Positions 1 through 7,701 of a stretch of 34,146 nt of DNA are shown here, one piece after another. Under the pieces are notes generated by a model. That model worked only from the letters and a program-made list of their open reading frames with translations, had not been told where the DNA came from and did not search any database. Origin of the DNA: Planctomycetales bacterium (GTDB lineage: Bacteria; Planctomycetota; Planctomycetia; Pirellulales; Pirellulaceae); assembly GCA_020426845.1 (NCBI GenBank), contig JAGQPF010000123.1, positions 1 through 34,146 of the forward strand. Reading direction: 5' to 3'. The position numbers and the translations under genes are program-made. Within the stretch, counting starts at the first letter, position 1; the number at the start of each line of letters is the position of its first letter.

Positions 1-1219
1 CGGGGGCAATCGCATCCGCAGTCCAAGCCCGACGGCTCTCGACCACCGTTCTGAACGCCTCCGGCTCGATCCATTCTCCAAGTTTTCGGCTGACTTCGGG
101 ACGTTCGTGCAGTCGCTCCGTCTCACCCGTTCTGAGCAGATCGATGACGGCTTTGGCGATCTCCTTGTGTTTCAAGAGATCGACGTGCTCGGAGACCGCG
201 TATCGCGTCGGCACTTCATCGAGCTCGCACATCTGCAACGGCACCGTCCCGTCGCCGCTGTCCGACTTGAAGTACTCGAACTCACCCGACTCGGCGCGTC
301 TCAAGTGGGTCACGGTCGGCTGGCCGAAGCCCGCGATCAGGCGAAATCGCTCGTCCGGATCGGCCAAGCCGGCGCGCGCTTCCTGCGCGGCCTTCAAGCG
401 CGCGGCGGTCGGACGGTAGGGCGAGGTGGGCCAGGACTGGCGATCAAACAGATCGAACTCGTCAAACACATCCGGCTGAGGAAGCATCTCGTAGACGGAC
501 GGAAACGTGCTGAACGTCGACTTGACCAAGTCGACTGGATCCGTGCGACTGATCTTGCCAATCAATTGCACGGTGGAGTTGAGCCCCTGCAGCACTTGCA
601 CCGGCGAGAAGGAGCCGTGGTTAGGAGTGCCCAACATCACGATTCGCTTGATCTTTTTACGCACCTTGGGCGAGGCGGCCTTGAGCGCCGCGCGGCTGAC
701 CAGCCCGCCCATGCTATGGGCGACGATCATCACCTCGTCGGCGCGATCCGCGGCGATAAACTCGGCCAGCCGCTTGCCGAGCTCGGGGATGCTGCGGCGC
801 CAGTCGTAATGAAAACTGAGCACACGGAAGCCGGCGATCGTCAGCCGAAAGCGGATAAAGTTGTGCTTGAGCGGCACGATGCCCAAGGACTTGACGGGCG
901 AAGACTCGGTCAATTTCAGTTCGGGCGCATCGCCCATGGCAATGGACACCGGATCAAACCAGATCGTGTCGTTGCCGAACAGGGCGCGCGGCTTGCCCAA
1001 ACTGGAGCCGAGAATGCCGGGCAAAAAAACGACCGTCCCCCGATCGCGTCGACGCGTGGCCGGCAGCGCCTCACGAGCCAGATCGCGAAGCTCGTCATAA
1101 TCGGCGCCGAACATCCGACGCAACCGCGGATCATCAGCCGTGGCCAGCAGCCGATCGACCTCATACTCCGACAGCTCCCACGGCTCCCGATTTTCCGCCA
1201 CTCCCTGCTCGTCGCTCAT
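1..1219 (-). CDS. alpha/beta-hydrolase lipase/esterase (PGAP1/LCAT-like), partial: C-terminus runs off the window start
   Basis: Minus-strand translation from the ATG at 1217-1219 (in-frame TGA just upstream) reads MSDEQGVAENREPWELSEY... The protein contains PGILGSSLG, the GxSxG nucleophile elbow VAHSMGGLVS and LGTPNHGS. I found no stop codon down to position 1. The listed + ORF 107..1252 is its codon-aligned antisense shadow (R/L/G/H-rich, no motifs). Confidence 0.75.
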   Translation of the reverse strand, partial: MSDEQGVAENREPWELSEYEVDRLLATADDPRLRRMFGADYDELRDLAREALPATRRRDRGTVVFLPGILGSSLGKPRALFGNDTIWFDPVSIAMGDAPELKLTESSPVKSLGIVPLKHNFIRFRLTIAGFRVLSFHYDWRRSIPELGKRLAEFIAADRADEVMIVAHSMGGLVSRAALKAASPKVRKKIKRIVMLGTPNHGSFSPVQVLQGLNSTVQLIGKISRTDPVDLVKSTFSTFPSVYEMLPQPDVFDEFDLFDRQSWPTSPYRPTAARLKAAQEARAGLADPDERFRLIAGFGQPTVTHLRRAESGEFEYFKSDSGDGTVPLQMCELDEVPTRYAVSEHVDLLKHKEIAKAVIDLLRTGETERLHERPEVSRKLGEWIEPEAFRTVVESRRAWTADAIAP

Positions 1220-1452
1220 CCCGATGCCCCCCGATGTACTGACAGTGTTTAGTCAGTTGGAGTATAAACCGGGCGCCGAGCTCGCTCAACTTTTTCCATC
1301 GCGCCGGGGGGCGACGACACCGCCCGCGAGCCCATTAAGCCCGCGTTCGCCCCTTGGCCAGGCAACTTCTCACGCAAAGTCGCAAAGACGCAGGGGAAGG
1401 ATATTAGCGATCAAGTTTCCGGCGAGAGGTCCTCTTACATGAATTTGGTGCT

Positions 1453-1490
1453 CATCCGTGTTTCAACCGTGTTCATCCGTGGCCAATGTT
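1453..1490 (-). repeat. Family-D element: about 36-nt motif TGGCCACGGATGAACACGGTTGAAACACGGATGAGCA (minus sense) placed immediately 3' of the SPFH gene stop codon, with a second copy at 10696-10731
   Basis: The + strand sequence gtgctcatccgtgtttcaaccgtgttcatccgtggcca has a near-identical copy (ctcatccgtgtttcatcggtgttgcatccgtggcca) at 10696-10731. It contains a direct repeat of CACGGATGA. Confidence 0.5.
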
Positions 1491-2905
1491 CAGTGTTGGT
1501 CGGCGCCGCCGCCGAGCTTCTCCTCAACCTTGTCGGCCTGCCAAGCGACGGCGGTGATCAGTCGCGTGACCTCGAGCGGGTCGGCGGTGTCGGCCAATTG
1601 ATTGGCCTGCACGACGATGAAGTCGCCGGCCTCCGTGGACTGAATCGCAAAGGCGCCGTGGACCATTTTCAGGTTGTACTTCAGCAGTTGGACGGCGAGT
1701 CCGTCCTTGGCGGCGCCGCAGATCGAAGTGTAGGAGATCACGCGATGTCCCTCTTCATCGAGGCCGGCAAAGTTGACCGCGACGGTCTGCTTGCGGAGCG
1801 TGCCCACCGGGATGGTGATTTGCCAATGGTCGGACGCGGTCTCCTGGATCTGCCAGCCAGCCGCTTGCGCGACGTTTCTCACCAGTTGTTGAGGATCAAT
1901 GCCGGTCGCCGCGGCGCCCGCGTCAGGCGCGCCCAGGTCGGCAAAGTCCAAGCCGCCCGAGGCCGCAACCGGAGCGACTGGCGCCGCGGAGGGCTGGGGG
2001 GCAGGAGGAGCGGCACCTGGCTGCATCGGCTGTCCCGCAACGCCGGGTTGGCCGAAGGCTTGGGGATTCATCGCCTGATTGATCATGCCGGGCATCATCA
2101 TGCCGAACCCAGCGCCCATGCCCATGCCCATCGCGCCGCCGCCGGCGCCTTGTTGCTCCGCCATCTTGGCCATGCTATTGGCGGCCTGGTACATCGTGAA
2201 CGCTCGCAGGTCGCCGATGGCGCCCATGCTGCTGCGTTGATCGATCGCCTTCTGCACTTCCTCGGGCGGGGTGATCGCGTTGATGAAGAAGTCGGTGAGC
2301 TCGAGCCCGTAGCGCGCGAACTCTTCGGCAACCTTCAGCCTCACGGCGGCTCCGACCTCGTCAAATTTCGCCGGCAGGTCGAGCAAGCTGACTTGCATCG
2401 TGCCCAGCAGGTCGGTCATCCGTGAGACGATCAAATCCTTCAAGTAAGCCGTGATGTCGTCGGTGGTGTACTTGCCCTGCGTGCCCACCAATCCGTTGAG
2501 CAGCAGCTCGGACTCGACCACGCGGAAGGCAAACTTGCCGAAGCTCCGCAGCCGGACAACGCCAAAGTCAGCGTCGCGCACCGTGATCGGCTGCTTGGTG
2601 CCCCATTTCTGGTCGAGGAACGTCTGCTTGCCGATGAAGTAAACCTGCGCCTGGAACGGCGACTTTTCCCAGGGGATTGTCAGCAGGCGAGTCAGGACCG
2701 GCACATTGGCGGTCGTCAGCGTGTACCGCCCCGGCCCGAATTTATCCATCGCCTTGCCGTCACGGAAGAACACCGCCTCCTGGTTCTCCTGGACGATCAG
2801 CTGGGCGCCGAGCTTGATGTCGGCCGAGCCTTGCGGCGGAATGCGATGGACCAGCGAGCGATTGGACTCGTCAAAATAGTCGATGACTTCCAGGCGAAGA
2901 CCCAT
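1490..2905 (-). CDS. SPFH/band-7 family protein with a Met/Gly/Pro-rich low-complexity linker and a C-terminal alpha/beta (YbjN-like?) domain
   Basis: The 471-aa ORF has an AAGGAA RBS 6 nt before its ATG. The N-terminal 280 aa look like the Band_7_1/SPFH fold (…[18 protein letters not shown]…). A linker [36 protein letters not shown]…[15 protein letters not shown] follows, then a C-terminal globular domain. Confidence 0.85.
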   Translation of the reverse strand: MGLRLEVIDYFDESNRSLVHRIPPQGSADIKLGAQLIVQENQEAVFFRDGKAMDKFGPGRYTLTTANVPVLTRLLTIPWEKSPFQAQVYFIGKQTFLDQKWGTKQPITVRDADFGVVRLRSFGKFAFRVVESELLLNGLVGTQGKYTTDDITAYLKDLIVSRMTDLLGTMQVSLLDLPAKFDEVGAAVRLKVAEEFARYGLELTDFFINAITPPEEVQKAIDQRSSMGAIGDLRAFTMYQAANSMAKMAEQQGAGGGAMGMGMGAGFGMMMPGMINQAMNPQAFGQPGVAGQPMQPGAAPPAPQPSAAPVAPVAASGGLDFADLGAPDAGAAATGIDPQQLVRNVAQAAGWQIQETASDHWQITIPVGTLRKQTVAVNFAGLDEEGHRVISYTSICGAAKDGLAVQLLKYNLKMVHGAFAIQSTEAGDFIVVQANQLADTADPLEVTRLITAVAWQADKVEEKLGGGADQH

Positions 2906-3105
2906 GGTTGTTCCTTTGCTTTGATGGCTTCAGTTGATTTGTCGTTGGGATGTCACGGCTACGCGTGACCTTGCGGAGACTTTGAGTGGCTGGCGATTGA
3001 GTTGGACCGCCCCCGCCAACGCAAGTTTCCGAGTGACAGTTAATCGGCAGTTGTTCGACAGTTGTTCGATGGTTATCGGCGCTACTGGCGCTATCGACGA
3101 TATCG

Positions 3106-3621
3106 TTATTCACCGCCGGAGACGCCTTGCAGCATCTCGCCGCGGACCTTGAACGCCTGCTCAAACTCGCTGATGCGACGGAGGAGGTCCGAGACGACTG
3201 ACGCGGGAGTGTCGCCTTTGACCTCGAGTTGGCGAATGGAGCTGGCCAGCGCCTCGCACTGCTCCACCATGCGAAGGTCATGTTCGTAGACGCGATCCAG
3301 CAGCCCCGCGTCAACGCGGACATAGTCGAAGAATCCGCTGTAGCCACGCACTTGAGCGCGAATCAGTCCGATCAGTTTGTCGAGATTGACGCGGATGCGA
3401 TCGATTTCCGGCAGGGCGTCGAGATGCCCCGAGTTGAGCAGCCCTCGCGCGTATTCATCCAGCGAGGGTTTGGCGGCCTGCAGTTGATCGGCCATCGTCG
3501 TCCGCAATAGGTAGTCGGCCTCGCGGCGGTATTCCTTCTCCAGGTAGCCTCGAAAACCGGGTATCCACCTCAAAATGGACTCCACGAAATTCCGGGATTC
3601 CGCGTGTTGATGAGGCTCCAC
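3106..3621 (-). CDS. hypothetical protein (171 aa), GTG start
   Basis: The ORF has a strong AAGGAG RBS 5-6 nt upstream of the GTG at 3619-3621. It lies 200 bp upstream of the SPFH gene and is co-directional with it. I recognised no domain. Confidence 0.55.
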   Translation of the reverse strand: MEPHQHAESRNFVESILRWIPGFRGYLEKEYRREADYLLRTTMADQLQAAKPSLDEYARGLLNSGHLDALPEIDRIRVNLDKLIGLIRAQVRGYSGFFDYVRVDAGLLDRVYEHDLRMVEQCEALASSIRQLEVKGDTPASVVSDLLRRISEFEQAFKVRGEMLQGVSGGE

Positions 3622-3903
3622 AGCGACTCCTTGTGCGATTGTCGTGACGAGAACGAAAGTCAGAGAGAATTCGGCTCGGCCACGGATTTATTTGCGGGAA
3701 TCGGCCACGATCCGCAAGGCGAGGGGCCCGCGCGAGCTCGCCCCCGCGACCGAACGTCCTGGAACGGGCTGGCATCACGGCAGAAATCATAGCGAACATC
3801 GCCGATTTCGGCCACACAAACGCCACGGCGCGCCTTCTGTAGGGCTGGTGCGATTGAATTGAATGTCTACCGGCGAGAGCAACGCACCTCGGGCTCGCGC
3901 CCG

Positions 3904-3937
3904 AGGCTAACAACTGTCGCCCCTGCCGGGGCTGGAG
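3904..3937. repeat. Family-C REP-like element, single copy (GGCTAACaaCTGTCGCCCCTGCCGGGGC)
   Basis: It matches the GGCTA(A/C)CGTCTGTCGCCCCTnnnGGGGC core seen at 22170-23000, 26996-27318 and 27938-27975, and contains the hairpin gcccct-gcc-ggggc. Confidence 0.5.
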
Positions 3938-4106
3938 CGTTTGAATTGATCTCAAACCTGCCTTGCGGCGTCTGCGCCACTTCCCTACGATCCCGCACCG
4001 ATACGCGGCGCAGTCTGCGCACTCGGCCCTGACCGCGCTGAACTTGAACGAACTTCATGGGCGGGGTCGGCGTGTTTCGTGACGTGAGGATTGGGAGCTA
4101 ACGAAA

Positions 4107-5885
4107 ATGGCACGGAAGCGATGCGCCCCGTCAAACGGGCTTTGGGTCCTGGCGACGGCCACCCTCACTGCAATGGGCTGCACCAATCACTGGACGGCGC
4201 CGCGGCGAGTGCCTGTGGACCCGACCGCCGATGTGGACCTGCCCTCGGCCAACGCCGCGCCGCGCGAGTTCACCGCTCCCAACGACGTCCTGCGGATGCC
4301 CGCGACAGTCGGTCTGCCCCAGGCGCCCAAGATCGCCTACCCGGTGACTCCGGCCACGTCATTTCAGGAACAGCCTGGCGGTGTCGCGCCCGCTCAGTAT
4401 CAACAAGAGCCGTCACAGGTCGCCGTGGCGTCCATTAGTGACACCGGCAGTGAGCTGGGCACCGCCAACCACGTCCCGTTGCCACCCTTGTCGGCGCCTC
4501 CGGGCTCCGCCGAGGCGTTGGGACAAGCGTTCGGGCCGATGCAGCGGCTGCCGGAGTTGCCCGTCGCCGGAGAAATCTCCGGGGCGCCGCCCGCCTTGGA
4601 CAATGCGTTGTTCCCCGCCGGTGGGCCGACGATGGAGCCGCCGCCGTTTGACCCTGGTCGCATGCCCGAGATCGATCTGGACGTGCCGGAAATGGTGACG
4701 CCCGATGCGTTGCCCGATCCGCCCGCCGTGGATCCGGTGCCGGGCAGTGTCGAGTTCGGGCCTGGAGAACCAACACCGCTCAACGACACGGCCGACCCCC
4801 TGGACCCGCCGAATTCGCTGTTGCCGGCCGCAAGCGCGGCGCCGCTGCGAGCCAATTCGCCGCAACCACTTTCCGATGTCGAAGCGACGCCGATCCGAGC
4901 GCCGCAGTACGGCGGCTTTGAACCGCCCAACTTGGCGCTGCCCGCCGAGCCGGACGAGCCAGCAACCACGGCCGGTCGTCAGCCACTGCTGCCGGCGGGC
5001 GAGCCCGTGGAGCGGTCCTTGAGCGATGTGCCCGCCGAGAGCGCGGCGCCAGTCGAAGGCCCTCCGGCCATGGACGTCACCCCCATCGAGCTTCAAACGC
5101 CGCCGACCGTGTCGCCACCGGGCTCCGCCACGACGGAAACCAATGAGTTGGCACAACCCGTTGGGCCGTCTCCCGAGACCATGGCAAACTCCGGTGGCAC
5201 AACCGCATTGCCGGCGCCGGCCTCGGCCGCCCAGTCGCTCGTGCAGACGCTAAGCCTGTTACGCAAAGAGGCTGCCAGCGAGCAAGCCGATCCGCTGGAC
5301 GTCAAGCTGCTGCAGTTGCTGGAGGTCATCGCACATCCCGATGCACAGTGGCCCGAGAAGCTGCCGGCTGACCCGCGCTGGCGCGCCGTGGCCACGGCCG
5401 CTGCGCTCGAGTTGCGCGGGCAGCAGACCGACCGGCAGCGCGAGGTGCTGCAATCCGCGTTGGCGACGCTCGAGAGCGAGGCGCCGTTGAAGCTGCAAAA
5501 CCTGGCGTTCTGCCGACAGATCGACGACTTCGGCATCTACGCCGAGTTCAAGTCGCAGTTCCGCCCCGGCCAAGAGCTGTTGCTATACGTCGAAGTCGAG
5601 AACTTCGCGCACACCGAGACGCCCAACGGCTACTGCGTTGAAATCGAAGGCGGCTACGAGATCGTCGACGCCAACGGCCAAGTGGTTGAGAAACGCGAGT
5701 TCCTGGCCGACAAACAAACCTTCCGCCGCGAGCGTCGCGACTACTACATCCCGTATCGACTGTTCGTGCCCAAGACGATTCCGCCCGGCAAGTACACGCT
5801 GCGGCTGAACCTGACCGATGTGGCGTCGAAAACTTCGGGCGTCGGCTCGATCGAGTTGCCCGTGATCGCCGGTGAGCAGCCATGA
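4107..5885 (+). CDS. proline-rich probable lipoprotein with a C-terminal globular domain of unknown function
   Basis: The N-terminus MARKRCAPSNGLWVLATATLTAMGC is a signal peptide plus lipobox-like Cys. About 300 aa of Pro/Ala/Glu-rich low complexity follow. The C-terminal 180 aa are non-repetitive. The stop overlaps the next start (ATGA at 5882-5885). Confidence 0.75.
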   Translation: MARKRCAPSNGLWVLATATLTAMGCTNHWTAPRRVPVDPTADVDLPSANAAPREFTAPNDVLRMPATVGLPQAPKIAYPVTPATSFQEQPGGVAPAQYQQEPSQVAVASISDTGSELGTANHVPLPPLSAPPGSAEALGQAFGPMQRLPELPVAGEISGAPPALDNALFPAGGPTMEPPPFDPGRMPEIDLDVPEMVTPDALPDPPAVDPVPGSVEFGPGEPTPLNDTADPLDPPNSLLPAASAAPLRANSPQPLSDVEATPIRAPQYGGFEPPNLALPAEPDEPATTAGRQPLLPAGEPVERSLSDVPAESAAPVEGPPAMDVTPIELQTPPTVSPPGSATTETNELAQPVGPSPETMANSGGTTALPAPASAAQSLVQTLSLLRKEAASEQADPLDVKLLQLLEVIAHPDAQWPEKLPADPRWRAVATAAALELRGQQTDRQREVLQSALATLESEAPLKLQNLAFCRQIDDFGIYAEFKSQFRPGQELLLYVEVENFAHTETPNGYCVEIEGGYEIVDANGQVVEKREFLADKQTFRRERRDYYIPYRLFVPKTIPPGKYTLRLNLTDVASKTSGVGSIELPVIAGEQP

Positions 5886-7030
5886 TCTCCTGCGACGTCT
5901 TGGTGCTCGGCGTCGGCGGAGTCGGCTCCGCCGCGTTGGCGCAGCTGGCGTCGCGCGGAATACGCGCTATTGGCATCGACCGCTTCGCGCCTCCGCATGA
6001 TCGAGGCAGCTCGCACGGCCACACGCGAGCAATTCGGCAGGCCTATTTCGAACACCCCAACTATGTGCCGCTGCTCCGTCGCGCCTATGAGTTGTGGGAC
6101 GAACTCGAGCAATCCGTCGAAAAACATCTGTTTCACCGCGTCGGCCTGCTCGAAGCCGGCATTCCCGACGGCGAAGTCGTTCCCGGCGTGCTGGCCAGCG
6201 CCGCTGAGCACAACCTGGCGGTCCAGCGCTACTCGGTAGAGGAGGCTCGACGCCGCTGGCCCATGTTGAACTTCGACGACTCGTTCGACGTCGTGTTCGA
6301 GGAGAACGCGGGCTACCTGCTGGTGGAGCAGTGCATCGAAGCCAGCTGCGACATCGCGCGGCGGCACGGAGCCGAAATTCACACCGACGAAGTCGTGAGC
6401 TGGCGGCCGAGCGGGGAGGGCGTCGAGGTCGAGACGACCCAATCGCGTTACACCGCCTCGCGGTTGATTGTCACAGCGGGCGCCTGGGCAAGCGATCTGC
6501 TGGCGACCGCTGGACTACAAACGCCGCTCCGCGTGCTGCGAAAGCACTTGCACTGGCACCGGACCGCTGACCCGCGTTATCGCAGCACGGCTGGGCACGA
6601 CAGTTTCCCCGTATTCTTCTTTGAAGAGCCCGCTGATTGCGACGGCGTCGTGCGATTCTTTTATGGGTTCCCGCAGTGCGATGAACGTGGCGTCAAGGTC
6701 GCCGAGCACACCGGCGGCAGCGAAACGCCGGACCCGCTCACTGACCCGCGGGACACCGAGGCGGACGACATCGCTCGCGTTTCGGCGTTTGTCGACAAGC
6801 GATTGTCGGGCGTGACGGCGACGCCTCACGACCATCGCGTCTGCTTCTACACGATGTCGCCCGACGGGCATTTCGTCATCGACCGGCTGCCAACCGCGCC
6901 CGCCGTGTGTTTCGCCGCCGGACTCTCCGGCCACGGCTTCAAGTTCGCGCCCGCGCTGGCAGAGGCGTTGTGCCGTCTGGCGCTCGACGAGCCGATCTCG
7001 CTGCCGCTGGACTTTCTCCGCATGCGCTAA
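5882..7030 (+). CDS. FAD-dependent sarcosine oxidase / N-methyl-L-tryptophan oxidase family oxidoreductase (MSOX/MTOX)
   Basis: The N-terminal Rossmann motif VLVLGVGGVGSAA and the segment HGSSHGHTRAIRQAYFEHPNYVPLLRRAYELW match the monomeric sarcosine oxidase/SolA family. It is 382 aa and translationally coupled to the upstream lipoprotein gene. Confidence 0.8.
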   Translation: MISCDVLVLGVGGVGSAALAQLASRGIRAIGIDRFAPPHDRGSSHGHTRAIRQAYFEHPNYVPLLRRAYELWDELEQSVEKHLFHRVGLLEAGIPDGEVVPGVLASAAEHNLAVQRYSVEEARRRWPMLNFDDSFDVVFEENAGYLLVEQCIEASCDIARRHGAEIHTDEVVSWRPSGEGVEVETTQSRYTASRLIVTAGAWASDLLATAGLQTPLRVLRKHLHWHRTADPRYRSTAGHDSFPVFFFEEPADCDGVVRFFYGFPQCDERGVKVAEHTGGSETPDPLTDPRDTEADDIARVSAFVDKRLSGVTATPHDHRVCFYTMSPDGHFVIDRLPTAPAVCFAAGLSGHGFKFAPALAEALCRLALDEPISLPLDFLRMR

Positions 7031-7084
7031 GGGCAGGCCGTGACGTCTTCGTTTGGCCTCCCAGAACGGATCGCGCAGACCGGT

Positions 7085-7305
7085 TTGCGCGCAAACCCCA
7101 ATCATCACAGGCTGGCAGCCTGTGCCACGTTGTGCGCAAACCCCCAATCGTCACAGGCTGGCAGCCTGTGCCACGTTGCGCGCAAACCCCAATCGTCACA
7201 GGCTGGCAGCCTGTGCCACGTTGCGCGCAACCCCCAATCATCACAGGCTGGCAGCCTGTGCCACGTTGCGTGCAACCCAAATCATCACAGGCTGAGCGGC
7301 CGGCC
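7085..7305. repeat. Family-A tandem array: five copies of a 45-bp unit, each carrying the 17-bp perfect palindrome ACAGGCTGGCAGCCTGT
   Basis: Copies of cacaggctggcagcctgtgccacgttgcgcgcaaaccccaatcgt begin at about 7106, 7152, 7197, 7242 and 7286. The last copy is degenerate. Confidence 0.85.
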
Positions 7306-7431
7306 AATTTCGACACCTGTCGAACAGGGGTTCCTTGGCTCACCAAATGCGGGCCATTGAGGGATTTTGGGGAAGTTTGGTGAGATTCGGTGAGGCACTT
7401 TCAAGGCGGTTTACGTTGTACCTAACAGTCG

Positions 7432-7461
7432 TTGAAAACAGCCTCCCAATCCCCCTATAAT
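7432..7461 (+). promoter_or_regulatory. near-consensus sigma70-type promoter (TTGAAA, 18-bp spacer, TATAAT), about 240 nt upstream of the protease-domain gene
   Basis: The sequence is gtTGAAAacagcctcccaatcccccTATAATcc in an AT-richer intergenic stretch. The next gene starts at 7702. Confidence 0.45.
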
Positions 7462-7701
7462 CCATCCCCAGCATACACCATCTCCACCCATATGCCGGGG
7501 TAGGTGCGCCAAGATATAACATCCCATGTGTGAACCTCGGGTCACATCCACGACGTGGATAATTCACAAACTTAATTAGCTCGATGGCCGGCCTGTCACG
7601 GCCTTCCAGCGTGTTGCCTGCTGCGGTGTCGGATCCGGAGAGGAGTCCCGCCAAACTCTTCGGATTCACCGCAAACAACACTCCGTTCAAGGGGCCTAGC
7701 T

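Noticed and set aside
107-1252. 381-aa + strand ORF
   Set aside because: It is the codon-aligned antisense of the real minus-strand lipase-like gene (GHSMGG motif on the other strand). Its product is an R/L/G/H-rich nonsense composition.
1439-2425. 328-aa + ORF
   Set aside because: Antisense shadow of the SPFH gene.
4400-5156. Several minus-strand ORFs (189-247 aa) inside the lipoprotein gene
   Set aside because: They are Gly/Arg-rich antisense shadows of the Pro-rich coding region.
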